Shown: positions 49,685 through 60,816, counted from the first letter of the stretch. The stretch is 64,000 nt of DNA from Candidatus Latescibacterota bacterium (GCA_965242865.1 CBDETK010000013.1:3680001-3744000); one strand, 5' to 3'. Numbers and translations: made by a program. The notes: generated by a model not told the origin, from the sequence alone.

Positions 49685-51667
49685 TCAGATCTGGGTCAGG
49701 AAGCTGCCGGTGTGGCCGGTGGCGTAGTCGATGAGCACGAACACCCCAGCGGCGACGATTTCGCCCAAGATCAGGCCCAGAAAGAAGGGCCGCAGGTTGC
49801 GGTAGAGGCGCACTCCACCGTAGCGCAGGATCACCATCTTCAGGAACCAAGCCAACAAGGCACTGCAGAAGATGTGCCCCGTCTTCCAGTTGGCGGCGAT
49901 CGCGAACCCGACCGGGTTGAAGGGCCACCACAGGAAGTGGTGACGCGCCCACATGAGTGCCGCCATCACGCCCGCCCCGATGCCCATGAACTGGTAGGCG
50001 TCCCAGCGCGGCCCTTCGGGCTCGGCGGCGATGCGCGGGGCCATGTCCATGGGGCCGAAGTGGGTGGACTGCCAAGAGAAGAACAGGGGATTGAGGTTGA
50101 TGCCGCCGTGCTCATACGCCATGACCAAGGTGACGTAGGAGGATCCCGCTAGGCTAACTAGGATGGCCAAGACAATGGCCCAGAACAGCCGGCGCTTCTG
50201 GCCGCGGATCATTTCACTCATCTTCAGCCCGTTGGCGACCGAGGCCATCACAAAGGAGCGGACCTCAGCGTGCCAGCCGTAGGAAAAGCCGAGGGCCACC
50301 AGACCTTGGGTGCCGATGGCGGAGGTGCCGACCGCGGAGATCACGAAGGTCGAGGTCATCAGGGGCGGACGCATGGCTGGAATGCCGCCCTCGGCGACGA
50401 CCCGCGTCAGTGCCATGAACAGGATCATGGCGCCGAAGACGAATAGCAGCGCGACCGGGAAGGGTAGGCCGATCGTCCACAGCCAGACGGCGACAGCGAG
50501 CAGGCCGGCGAGCAGCCCGAAAAACGCCTGCCGGTAGGAGAGGATCTCGCCGCTGTCATCGATCGTCCGCAGCCCGACGACGGCCTTCGCCGCCACATCG
50601 CGCAGGTGCCGGCGCGCCACCCACAGCCCGACGACCACGAAGGCGATCATCGCCCCGAGCCCTTGGTGGGCTAGGAAGGGATCTTCTGAGTAGAAGTCGA
50701 TTCGCTGGGTGCTCTGTACGCCGAGCGTGTTGAAGAGGCCCCGCTGTAGCCTGACGAGGACGTAGAACACCCAGATCGAGGCCGAGATGTCGAGGTTGAC
50801 GAAATAAAAGAACCCGATCCAAGGCGGGCTGAACCAGAAGCTGAGCCAGGTGTTGCCGAACAAGGGCACGCCCGCGGTGCGCTCGAAGCGGGGAAATTCT
50901 GGATAGTAGGAATGTATGCCGTTGATGCTCAACAGCAGGAAGGAGATGGCGAAGCCCAGCCACATGGTCTTGTTGGCGAAGAACGAGCGGCCCACGGCCC
51001 GGCCTTCTTCCTGCCGGATCATCTCCAGCGGCACCTGCACCAGCGCGTAGCTGAGTTTTTCGTTGTCAACCCACTGCTTGCGGAGAATGACCATCGCGCA
51101 GATCATCGCGAAGGCAAGGGCGAGGAAGAAGCCGAACCACAGGCTCAGCGGCACGACCCAAGCGCCCCATGGGATCGAGCTGCCCTCGGGCAGCCCCTCA
51201 AAAAAGTAGCGAGCCACGTTCTCGCCGCGCGGGATCATCCACTGGGGGATGTATTGATTGTAGAGGGAATCCCAGTTGTTCTCAGGGGTGGCGTAGTAGG
51301 TCGACCCGAGGAGGCAGGGGATCATGAACTGGGTGAAGCCCATGCCGGGGATGCAGCAGGCCACTACCAGCATGATGTAAATGGTGATCAGTTCCGCCCG
51401 GGTCAGCACCAGCCAGCGGTGGAGGAGGCCGACCGCGGCACTGGCTAGGACGAGGAAGAAAAACAAGAAGAGGGCGGCCGGGGTGCTGAAGTTGAGGGTC
51501 AGGTAGGAACCTTGAATCGCATTGGTCGCGTAAGTATCGCAGATGTTGAGTGCCAGAGCCAGCACCGCCCCGATGAGGATGCCCCGCAGAGGAATCCCCT
51601 GTAGATCCCGCCCGTGCTGTCGGTCCTCCTGTGGGGCGTCCATTCTACCCTCCATCCGTTTATACAA
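49685..51667 (-). CDS. Multi-TM membrane protein (DUF6785/DUF6784, OPT-like putative transporter)
   Basis: ELITIY, FFEG...IPWGAW, RKQWVDNEKLSY, RVVAEGG, WWPFNPVG, RYGG...RPFFLGLILGE. Confidence 0.7.
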   Translation of the reverse strand: MYKRMEGRMDAPQEDRQHGRDLQGIPLRGILIGAVLALALNICDTYATNAIQGSYLTLNFSTPAALFLFFFLVLASAAVGLLHRWLVLTRAELITIYIMLVVACCIPGMGFTQFMIPCLLGSTYYATPENNWDSLYNQYIPQWMIPRGENVARYFFEGLPEGSSIPWGAWVVPLSLWFGFFLALAFAMICAMVILRKQWVDNEKLSYALVQVPLEMIRQEEGRAVGRSFFANKTMWLGFAISFLLLSINGIHSYYPEFPRFERTAGVPLFGNTWLSFWFSPPWIGFFYFVNLDISASIWVFYVLVRLQRGLFNTLGVQSTQRIDFYSEDPFLAHQGLGAMIAFVVVGLWVARRHLRDVAAKAVVGLRTIDDSGEILSYRQAFFGLLAGLLAVAVWLWTIGLPFPVALLFVFGAMILFMALTRVVAEGGIPAMRPPLMTSTFVISAVGTSAIGTQGLVALGFSYGWHAEVRSFVMASVANGLKMSEMIRGQKRRLFWAIVLAILVSLAGSSYVTLVMAYEHGGINLNPLFFSWQSTHFGPMDMAPRIAAEPEGPRWDAYQFMGIGAGVMAALMWARHHFLWWPFNPVGFAIAANWKTGHIFCSALLAWFLKMVILRYGGVRLYRNLRPFFLGLILGEIVAAGVFVLIDYATGHTGSFLTQI

Positions 51668-51679
51668 ATAGGCTAAACC

Positions 51680-52738
51680 TCACTGCAACCAAGTCTGAGG
51701 GGCCAGCCCGAGCCCCCGTGCGGCTTCGGCGATGTGGCTCCAAGTCGTGTCGTCAATGGGAATCCCCTCTTCTTGGCGCTGGCGTCCCGTGCGGTATTCG
51801 GGGTCGCCGGGCAGCAGTATCTCGCCGATGCGCGGGTCGACGCGACTGGTGGATACATGGCGGATTAGGCTTTCAAGTTCGTCGAAGTAGGAGGACATTT
51901 CTACGAAGTGCCCGATGTTGTACACCGTAAGGTGCAGCCCGTTGCTCTGCATGACGGTCTCGCCGTTGGCACAGCCTTGGCCGCTGAGGGCCCCTCCTAG
52001 GATCTCTACTATCATACTCAAGCAGTACCCTTTATAGGCCACCGGGCCGCCGAAAGGCAAAATCGCGCCGGGTGGGTCGCCGACAAATGCTTGGGGATCA
52101 GTGGAGGGGTTGCCATCGTGGTCGATGATCCGGCCCTCGGGTAGCTGTTCGCCGCGGTTATAGGCGACGCGGACCTTGCCTTCGGCACAAACCGAGGTCG
52201 TCATGTCGATCAAGAGAGGGTCGGCGTCGCGTCGAGGTGCGGCGCAGGATATAGGGTTGGTGCTGAGCTTGCCGTCAATCCCACCGTAGGGAGCGATCTG
52301 GCGCCCGAGGTGCCCGGCGTTGCAAAAGGCCAAGCCGATCATGCCTTGGCGGGCGACCTGTAGCGTATAGGCGCCCACCCGGCCAACGTGCCCACAATTG
52401 CGCAAGGTGGCGGTAGCGACCCCGTACTGGGCGGCCTTGTCAATGGCTAGCTGGGTGGCAAAAGTCCCGCCGATTTGGCCCATGGTTCCGCCTCCATCGA
52501 CGACCACAGTACAGGGCCTTTCGCTGACAATAGAAGGCTGGCCTTTGGGATCAAAGATGCCGTCTTGGATCTGTTGGACGTACTCGTAGAGACGCAGGCT
52601 GCCGTGCGAGTCGTGCCCGTAGAGCGAGGACTCGACTAAGTGGTCGGTCACGGCGCGGGCGCTTGCGGGAGGGCAGCCAGCCGTCTCGAAAAGCTGGTAG
52701 CCGATCTGGCGCAGGCGGTCGGGTTTGATATGGGGCAT
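51680..52738 (-). CDS. Ldh_2 (malate/L-lactate dehydrogenase) family oxidoreductase
   Basis: GHDSHG, HVGRVG, STNPI, DMTTS, GKV, YKGY, LLPG. Confidence 0.88.
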   Translation of the reverse strand: MPHIKPDRLRQIGYQLFETAGCPPASARAVTDHLVESSLYGHDSHGSLRLYEYVQQIQDGIFDPKGQPSIVSERPCTVVVDGGGTMGQIGGTFATQLAIDKAAQYGVATATLRNCGHVGRVGAYTLQVARQGMIGLAFCNAGHLGRQIAPYGGIDGKLSTNPISCAAPRRDADPLLIDMTTSVCAEGKVRVAYNRGEQLPEGRIIDHDGNPSTDPQAFVGDPPGAILPFGGPVAYKGYCLSMIVEILGGALSGQGCANGETVMQSNGLHLTVYNIGHFVEMSSYFDELESLIRHVSTSRVDPRIGEILLPGDPEYRTGRQRQEEGIPIDDTTWSHIAEAARGLGLAPQTWLQ

Positions 52739-53553
52739 TAGTTGGTTGCTTCCTCGAGGACGCGCTCGACTTCTCGTTCCCAAGTCCCGGCGACTCGCAC
52801 GCCGTATTCGGCGGTGCCACCGGTGGCTTCCGGCCCCACCAAAATGGGCTGGCCGCGTCTTGCGCCGATGAGATTGGCGCGCTTGACGCAGGCGGTGTGC
52901 AGAAAGTGGAAGGCAAGTCCGGCGCGCTCGCGATCGGTGGTATTCGCCTTGGTCGCGTGGGCCGTGCCGTAGCAGAAGAAGGCGACGCCCCCGGCCTTTA
53001 GTTCAATGGGCACGGCGCGCTCTTCGGGCACTTGGCAGTGGATGTGGTGGTCGGAGTAGGGATCGCGGTCGTGCGGGTACTCCTCCTTAAAGGAGTCATG
53101 CACGACGTGGATGGTGCCATTTTCAATGGTTGCGTCGTGAACGGCAACCCACATGGCCGTGCCTTTTAGGGGATCGTCTATTTTGAAATACGCGTTGTCT
53201 TGGTGCCAGTCCGTGCCAATGCCGTGGCTGGCTGGCTTGAGAAACATCTGATCTAGGTGCAAGATGAAAGGGGTGCCGATGAGCTGTGAAACGGCAACGG
53301 TGATTTTCTCTTCAAAGGGCAGAGCGCGGATGAGATCGCTTTTGTCGTACAGGGGAATGAGTTGCAGGTTGACCTTGGTGGTGGAAGGGGTCTTGCTGTC
53401 GCCCTCGGTGGCGACGTTGCGGACTAGGCCCTCGCGTTTGAACCGCTCGACTTCGGCCTGCATGGCTCGCACTTCGCGGGGAGCAAAAAAGTCGGGAACC
53501 GCAGTGTAGCCGTGGTTTTTGAAGTGGGTTATTTGGGCGTGCGAGAGAGACAC
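52738..53553 (-). CDS. Phytanoyl-CoA dioxygenase (PhyH) family protein
   Basis: FKNHGY, WHQD, ENG, H-x4-N-x4-R. Confidence 0.88.
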   Translation of the reverse strand: MSLSHAQITHFKNHGYTAVPDFFAPREVRAMQAEVERFKREGLVRNVATEGDSKTPSTTKVNLQLIPLYDKSDLIRALPFEEKITVAVSQLIGTPFILHLDQMFLKPASHGIGTDWHQDNAYFKIDDPLKGTAMWVAVHDATIENGTIHVVHDSFKEEYPHDRDPYSDHHIHCQVPEERAVPIELKAGGVAFFCYGTAHATKANTTDRERAGLAFHFLHTACVKRANLIGARRGQPILVGPEATGGTAEYGVRVAGTWEREVERVLEEATN

Positions 53554-53585
53554 GGGTGGCTCCTTATCTCGTACAGGGTGGCGGG

Positions 53586-54998
53586 CTAGATCGTGCCCTG
53601 AGATGCGCACGCCAGCTCGCACAAGAGCGCGGCCGAAGTGCGAATGCCGCAGTGAAAGTTGTGCATGGAAAAGCACTCGTTGGGGCCGTGCCAGTTGTCG
53701 GTGATTTGCCCTAGCCCGATGAGTAGGATCGGCGCTTCAGTTGCGGCGGCAATATCGACGACGATGGGGATGGAGCCGCCTTCGCGGGTAAACACCGGCT
53801 CGACCCCGAACCCCTTGCGCATAGCCTCGAGCGATGGCTCGACTAGCGGGTGGTCTAGGTCGAGGTAGTAAGCCGGTGAGCAATGCTGGTTTTTGAATTC
53901 GACGCGGGTGCCTGCGGGTAGCTGGGCGCGGATGTGCCCTTCGAGAGCCGCTTGGATGTGCTCGGGGTTTTGGTCGGGCACTAAGCGGCAAGACACGGCA
54001 GCGCGGGCTGCGGCCGGAATGACGGTGCGCGGGCTGCCGCCGCTGAGGAGGTTGATGTCGAGCGTGGGACGAGTCCAACGCCTTTCGAGGATGGAGTACT
54101 CTTGCTCTCCCACCAGCGCGGGGACCCCTAAGGTGCGGCAATAGTCATCTTCGTCGACCGCGAGGCTGGCGTAGAGGCTCTTTTCGCGGGCCGAGAGGGG
54201 CTGCACCCCCTCGTAGAAACCGGGCACAGCAATGCGCCCTTCGGCGTCAATGAGGCCGGCCAAAGCATTGACGAGCAGTTGGTTTGGGTTGTGAACAATG
54301 CCGCCGAAAAGGCCGGAATGCACGTCCTGCGCCGGCCCAAAAACCTCGACCTCGGTATAGGCAATGCCGCGCAACCCCAAAGTCAAGGAGGGCTGATTCG
54401 GCCCGTACATGCTGGTATCGGAAATCACCGTACAGAGCACCGGGGCAAACTCATTGAGCCCGCCCTCGGCCACAAACTGGCTCAATGCAGTGCTGCCGCA
54501 TTCCTCCTCCCCTTCGAGCAGGAAGACCAAGTCGAACGGAAGTTGGTTTCCATTGGCGAGGACGACTTCGGCCGCCTTCAGGTGTGCAAAGCTGGGCCCC
54601 TTATTGTCGCTGGCGCCCCGGGCGATGAGGAAGCCGTCGCGCTCCTCAGCGGCAAAAGGATCCACCGCCCAAGCCGAGCGCGGATTATCCACCCCCTGCA
54701 CATCGTAATGGCCATAGATCAAGACCGTGGGTCGGTCCGACGAGAACGCGGGGCTGCGGGCGAGGACTAGGGGATTGGTAGCGGCCCTCACTTGGCACTT
54801 CTCGACCTCAAACCCCATTTGGTCGAATTGGCCGACGAGGAAATCGGCCGCTTCGGCGAGGCCGTCGCCTGTGGTCGCATCAGCACCCGCACTGACGCTG
54901 GGGATGCGGATAAAGGACTTGAGTTGTTCGATATAGGACCGCTGCTGCTCGTCGATAATCAGCAGTGCTTTTTCCAAGGTTGTGCCTTCCTCTCGCAT
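53586..54998 (-). CDS. M20 family dipeptidase
   Basis: YGHYDVQ, RGASDNKG, EGEEECGS, DVHSG, GGSIP, HGPNE. Confidence 0.92.
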   Translation of the reverse strand: MREEGTTLEKALLIIDEQQRSYIEQLKSFIRIPSVSAGADATTGDGLAEAADFLVGQFDQMGFEVEKCQVRAATNPLVLARSPAFSSDRPTVLIYGHYDVQGVDNPRSAWAVDPFAAEERDGFLIARGASDNKGPSFAHLKAAEVVLANGNQLPFDLVFLLEGEEECGSTALSQFVAEGGLNEFAPVLCTVISDTSMYGPNQPSLTLGLRGIAYTEVEVFGPAQDVHSGLFGGIVHNPNQLLVNALAGLIDAEGRIAVPGFYEGVQPLSAREKSLYASLAVDEDDYCRTLGVPALVGEQEYSILERRWTRPTLDINLLSGGSPRTVIPAAARAAVSCRLVPDQNPEHIQAALEGHIRAQLPAGTRVEFKNQHCSPAYYLDLDHPLVEPSLEAMRKGFGVEPVFTREGGSIPIVVDIAAATEAPILLIGLGQITDNWHGPNECFSMHNFHCGIRTSAALLCELACASQGTI

Positions 54999-55307
54999 CG
55001 CTCCTCTGTTCTTTGCTCGCTCTCCCCGCCCTTCAGCCTAGCCCGCTAGCCGCGCATCGAGGCTAGCGGTGGTGCTCTTGCTGAGGTTGGGTTTATTCAT
55101 TATGCTTGTTGCAACGCAAAAGTTGAGAATCAAGTCCAATTTGCCCGCCTTGCACACTTCCCGCAACTGTGCAATATAAGTTTTTGCATCGGGCTGTAAA
55201 GTTCCGTTCATCCCTTTGGACAGCCTTACAAATAGCTCGCAGGATGCGCGGTTGACTTTTCTCAGACCCCTATACCTACCGCCGTTTACAGGAAGGAATA
55301 CACTTAG

Positions 55308-56318
<1,011 letters not shown>

Positions 56319-56372
56319 TCCTTGACTTTAGGCGCGATGTGAATCATAGGCGGAGACAGAAAGGCGAAAGGC

Positions 56373-56858
56373 ATGTTTGAAGAAGTCTGGCGAGCGTACG
56401 AAGAAAACGAGTTAAGCCACAGTGCGGCGCACCACCTGATGGCGATCCACGAGTTGCGCCAGGCCCACGGCTACGCCCGCGTCTCGGATGTCGCCAAGCA
56501 CCTGAGCATCACCAAAGGCAGCGTCTCAACGGCCATGAAGCACCTCAAGGAACGCAGCTACGTACAAGAGGACCTCAATCGCTTCCTCGAACTTACCGAC
56601 CAGGGCCTGAAGGTGGTGCAGGAGGTTGAGCAAACGCGCTTAGTGGTGCAGCGGTTCCTCCGAGACGGCCTTGGCATGGATGAGGACGACGCGATGGTTG
56701 ACGCTTGCAAGGTTGAACACCTAATCAGCACGGAGACGAGGAAGCGGCTGGTCCGTTTTTTGCACGTATTGTTTTCGGAAGAACCGGCCGCGAACAAGTT
56801 TCTCCAGATGTTCCGCGAAGGGGCCCTAGAGTCCCCCAACGGCGAAGTGGAAGCGTGA
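56373..56858 (+). CDS. DtxR/MntR-family metal-dependent regulator
   Basis: YARVSDVAKHL, GSVS, LTDQG, ACKVEH. Confidence 0.85.
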   Translation: MFEEVWRAYEENELSHSAAHHLMAIHELRQAHGYARVSDVAKHLSITKGSVSTAMKHLKERSYVQEDLNRFLELTDQGLKVVQEVEQTRLVVQRFLRDGLGMDEDDAMVDACKVEHLISTETRKRLVRFLHVLFSEEPAANKFLQMFREGALESPNGEVEA

Positions 56859-56932
56859 ACCCGCTGCGGTAGATCGGTTGCGAGCGAGTAAGGGCTAATT
56901 GAATCGGGTCGGACGCTGTCCGGCCCTTTTTT

Positions 56933-57901
56933 ATGACGAAAACTATGCTGGGCTTCCTACAGCGACAGTTCCTTCCCATTGGCTTGTTGGCCGTGGCCGC
57001 GGTCGGCTTTTTCTTCCCTCGTCCGGGCCTTTACATGGCCGAACTACCCACTCAGTACGTCGCGGTCAGTATCATCTTTCTTCTTTCGGGGCTGATGCTG
57101 AAGACCGACGAAGCCCACGCCGCCCTCGTCGCGTGGAAGGCGATGTCTTGGGGCTGCGTTTCGATCCTCTTCGCCACGCCCTTTCTAGGAGCCGCGATCG
57201 CCTTCCAGCTCCCAATGGAGCCCGCCTTCCAATTTGGTCTGGCCCTGTTCTGCTGCATGCCGACGACCCTGACTTCGGGTGTGGCACTGACGGCGCAGGC
57301 CCGAGGCAATGTAGCCCTAGCCCTGCTTTTGACGGTGCTGACCAATACCGCCGGCATCTTCACGGTCCCCTTCGTGTTGGCGCATCTGCTGAGTTCCCTC
57401 GGCCAAGTCGAGCTTTCGGCCGGCGACCTGTTCGCCAAACTTTGTCTTTCGATTTTGCTGCCCTTGGGCATTGGCAAGTACTTGCGGCGCTTCGCCGTTG
57501 ATTGGCTCGACGCCCAGCGTGCGCGGTTGAGTTTGGCCAGCAATGCGGCGCTGATCTCGATTCCGTGGATGAAATTCAGCGAGTCATCGGGCCAGCTAGC
57601 CGAGGTAGAGCCGGTGAGCTTGTTGATTTTGGTGGGGTCTGGCTTGGCAATCCACGCGCTCTATCTGCTGCTCAACGGCGGCGTTTGCGTCCTTTTACAA
57701 CTCGAAGCGGCGGCGCGCCGGGCCGTTGTACTAATGACGAGCCAGAAGACCCTGCCGGTGGCGATGACGGTGCTGGCATTTTTGCCCGATTCAGCGGTGT
57801 CGCCCGAACTGAAAGGGTTAATAGCAATCCCTTGTATTGTGTTTCACTTGGGGCAGATTTTCACCGACGCAGTTATCGCGACGCGGTGGGGGAATCGCTA
57901 A
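56933..57901 (+). CDS. Bile acid:sodium symporter family protein
   Basis: IFLLSGL, PTTLTSGV, GN, SQKTLPVA, FHLGQ. Confidence 0.88.
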   Translation: MTKTMLGFLQRQFLPIGLLAVAAVGFFFPRPGLYMAELPTQYVAVSIIFLLSGLMLKTDEAHAALVAWKAMSWGCVSILFATPFLGAAIAFQLPMEPAFQFGLALFCCMPTTLTSGVALTAQARGNVALALLLTVLTNTAGIFTVPFVLAHLLSSLGQVELSAGDLFAKLCLSILLPLGIGKYLRRFAVDWLDAQRARLSLASNAALISIPWMKFSESSGQLAEVEPVSLLILVGSGLAIHALYLLLNGGVCVLLQLEAAARRAVVLMTSQKTLPVAMTVLAFLPDSAVSPELKGLIAIPCIVFHLGQIFTDAVIATRWGNR

Positions 57902-58985
57902 AGTGCCCAACCCGACGCAAGGCCCCAACGCCGGATTCGGCGAGCGAGATGGGAAAGTGAATCGGGCGATTGCCCTCTAATTGCGACTGATAGATGGCCA
58001 TGACCATTTCCAACGAGCGGCGGCCCACGGCCCCGTCGCTGCGCAAAGTCCCGCGGCCTTCGAGGGCGTTGATCAGCTCGGACAGGGCTGCGACGTACGT
58101 GGAGACCGGGGCTGGCCGTTCGATTTCGATTTCTTCGAGGCTACTCCACTCAAAGCCGCTGTCCGGCTCGGAAAGCACGACCTCAGACTGAAAGAGGCGG
58201 ACCTGCTCAGGGTCCATGCGAATTAGGCCGGTCGTGCCGCGCAACTCAAAGGCATGGTCGCTGTACTGAGTCAACTCGGTGCCGCAGATCAGCCCAGTGG
58301 CCCCTCCTTTGAACTTGAGCATAGCGGCCGAAAAATCCTCGACCGCCCAAGGGCGCATGCGCTGCTCAGCCATGCCGCACAGCCACTCCACGTCACCGGC
58401 GTACAGCTCCATCAGGTCAAAATAGTGGGTGAAGTCGTGTAGTAAGGGGCCTTCGTTCTCGCTGCGCCACCAAGGTGCTGGCTTGCCCCCGTCCATGTAG
58501 CAGTAGATGTGATTGAGCGGGCCGATCTCTCCCGCGTCGAGGAGCGTCTTGGCGAGCACCCACTCGGGGTGCCAGCGGCGATTGTGGTTGACCTGCAAGA
58601 GGACGTCCTCTGCTTGGCAAGCCGCGATCATCCGGTCGCATCCCTCCAGCGAGAGGGCCATCGGCTTTTCGCAGATAATCGCTTGAGTCGCGGAGGCTTG
58701 GGCACAGTCGGTGACCATTTCGGCGTGGAGTTCGGGGTGGGTGGCGACGATGCAGATGTCGGGCTGGACCTCGGCGAGCATTTGTCGATAGTCGTGGTAG
58801 AGGGCCGCGACGCCAAAGCGCTCGCCGAAGGCGTCGAGTTTTTCGCGCCCCCGGTTGACGCCGGCGACCAACTCGCAGGAACGGTGCTGGGCGACGGCCG
58901 CGGCGTGGTTGTCGGGCAGGTCGGAGAAACTGAACTGATAGCCGACGCGCCCCGTGCCTATGATAGCAATGCGATACGTCTTCAT
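57873..58985 (-). CDS. Gfo/Idh/MocA oxidoreductase
   Basis: AIIGTG, CEKPMA, NHNRRW, HYFDL. Confidence 0.9.
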   Translation of the reverse strand: MKTYRIAIIGTGRVGYQFSFSDLPDNHAAAVAQHRSCELVAGVNRGREKLDAFGERFGVAALYHDYRQMLAEVQPDICIVATHPELHAEMVTDCAQASATQAIICEKPMALSLEGCDRMIAACQAEDVLLQVNHNRRWHPEWVLAKTLLDAGEIGPLNHIYCYMDGGKPAPWWRSENEGPLLHDFTHYFDLMELYAGDVEWLCGMAEQRMRPWAVEDFSAAMLKFKGGATGLICGTELTQYSDHAFELRGTTGLIRMDPEQVRLFQSEVVLSEPDSGFEWSSLEEIEIERPAPVSTYVAALSELINALEGRGTLRSDGAVGRRSLEMVMAIYQSQLEGNRPIHFPISLAESGVGALRRVGHFSDSPTASR

Positions 58986-58995
58986 GGGACCTCCC

Positions 58996-59496
58996 TTAAA
59001 AGAGATCGAGTTGCGGAGCAAGCGCGCCTTCGAGGGCGAGCAACGCCCTTTTGATCGGCAGCCCTCCGGCGTAGCCGACCAGTGCGCCGTTGCTGCCAAT
59101 CACGCGGTGACAAGGCACGACAATCGGCAGCGGGTTCCTGCCATTGGCTAGGCCAACGGCGCGGACCAAGTTTGGGTCGCCCATGCGGTGCGCTAGCTCC
59201 AAGTAAGAAATCGTCTCGCCGTAGGGAATTTTTGCGAGAGCAGCCCAGACTTTGCGCTGAAACGCCGTTCCTTGGGGCTGGAGCGGCAGGTCAAAGTCGC
59301 GCAGGTGCCCGGCGAAATAGGAATCGAGCTGTTCGGCGACCGGATAGGGCAAAGCCGCCACGGCCTGCCAATCCGGCGGCGGGGTAAAGTCGCGCCCATT
59401 GAACTGGATGTGCCGCAAGCCCGTACGGTCGCCCGCGAGGAGCAGCTCGCCGACGGAGCTGGGCACGGTGGTGTAGAGCAAGGGTTCAGTAGGCAT
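58996..59496 (-). CDS. ogt: Methylated-DNA-protein-cysteine methyltransferase
   Basis: GTAFQRKVW, IPYGET, NPLPIVVPCHRVIG. Confidence 0.94.
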   Translation of the reverse strand: MPTEPLLYTTVPSSVGELLLAGDRTGLRHIQFNGRDFTPPPDWQAVAALPYPVAEQLDSYFAGHLRDFDLPLQPQGTAFQRKVWAALAKIPYGETISYLELAHRMGDPNLVRAVGLANGRNPLPIVVPCHRVIGSNGALVGYAGGLPIKRALLALEGALAPQLDLF

Positions 59497-59502
59497 AGAG
59501 AT

Positions 59503-60762
59503 CTAATGGGACGCACCCGGCTCTCCCAGTGTGCGAAAGTCCGTCCCGGTCGGCTCCTGAAAAACCCGCAGATCAAAGGCGGGCACAATGGCGAAGATGT
59601 GGTCGAAAATGTCGGCTTGAATCGCCTCGTAGTTGGCCCAGATCTTATCCTTGCAGAAGACATAGATCTCAATGGGTAGCCCCTTGGCGGTCGGCGCTAG
59701 CTGACGCACCAGAAAAGTCATGTCCGAGTTGATCTGCGGATGGTTTTGCAGATAGGCCCGCACGTAAGCGCGGAAGGTGCCGATGTTGGTCATGCGCCGG
59801 CCATTTACCAGATGTGACAAATCCACTTGGTTGAGCTCGTTGTATTCGGCCAGCTCTTTTTTCTTGCGCTCAATGTGGGCGGTGATGTACTGGATTTTGG
59901 CGAAGCGTCCGAGCATTTCCTCGTCGCAAAACTCGATGGTGCTGACATCGAGGTAAATCGCTCGCTTGATCCGCCGCCCGCCCGAGTCCTGCATCCCGCG
60001 CCAGTTTTTGAACGACTCGCTGATCAGCGCGTAGGTGGGGATGGTCGTGATGGTTTTATCCCAGTTTTGCACCTTGACCGTCGTCAGCGTGATGTCGAGC
60101 ACATCACCATCGGCCCCGTACTGGGGCATTTCAATCCAATCGCCGCAGGCGACCATGCGATTTACCGAGATCTGGATGCCAGCAATTAACCCGAGAATCG
60201 AGTCGCGGAAGACCAAGAGCAGGACTGCGGTCATCGCCGTCAGGCCGCTGAGCAAGTAGAGCGGCGAGTAACCAAAGAGGATCGAGACGACGAGGACGCC
60301 GCCGAGCAAGTAGAGGATGATTTTGAGGAACTGCACCAGCCCCTTGATGGAGACTTCGTGCGAGGCCCTCGTGCTGTGGTAGATGCGGGCCCCCGCGCTT
60401 ATTGACGCGCTGACGACGAGGATGCCGCTGAGCACCAGATAAATATGCGCCGCGGTCTGGACGATTTTGACGGAAATGGGGTGGCCTTCTAAGGCCAGCG
60501 GCCCCAAGTGGTAGAAGATGAAGCCGGGCACCAGATGGGCCAGCCGGTGCAAGACCCGACATTTGATTAGGACGTCGTCGTGGGGAATATCAGTCCGGTG
60601 AATGATGGCGGCGAGGCCGCGGAGTAAGGGGCCTCTGGCCAAACGGTGGGCGAGCAGGGCGACGAAGGCCACTAAAGCCAAGGCGACCAGTGCGGCGAGA
60701 TCTTCGCCGAGGTCCTGGCCGAGACCCCATTCGAGAAATTGGCGGCGCAATACGTTGAGCAT
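59503..60762 (-). CDS. Mechanosensitive channel, MscS/YbdG family
   Basis: GDWIEMP, TTVKVQNWDKT, NWRGM..SGGRRIKR, TNIGTFR, LRVFQ. Confidence 0.92.
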   Translation of the reverse strand: MLNVLRRQFLEWGLGQDLGEDLAALVALALVAFVALLAHRLARGPLLRGLAAIIHRTDIPHDDVLIKCRVLHRLAHLVPGFIFYHLGPLALEGHPISVKIVQTAAHIYLVLSGILVVSASISAGARIYHSTRASHEVSIKGLVQFLKIILYLLGGVLVVSILFGYSPLYLLSGLTAMTAVLLLVFRDSILGLIAGIQISVNRMVACGDWIEMPQYGADGDVLDITLTTVKVQNWDKTITTIPTYALISESFKNWRGMQDSGGRRIKRAIYLDVSTIEFCDEEMLGRFAKIQYITAHIERKKKELAEYNELNQVDLSHLVNGRRMTNIGTFRAYVRAYLQNHPQINSDMTFLVRQLAPTAKGLPIEIYVFCKDKIWANYEAIQADIFDHIFAIVPAFDLRVFQEPTGTDFRTLGEPGASH

Positions 60763-60771
60763 TGGTTGTTA

Positions 60772-60790
60772 ACGTGAGTTCGGGTTAAGG
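60772..60790. mobile_element. Orphan terminal inverted repeat of the IS982 at 12099-13077
   Basis: ACGTGAGTTCGGGTTAAGG is the exact reverse complement of 13059-13077; no transposase or partner IR seen nearby. Confidence 0.8.
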
Positions 60791-60816
60791 GATACGAGAA
60801 GGTACTACGGCTAGCC

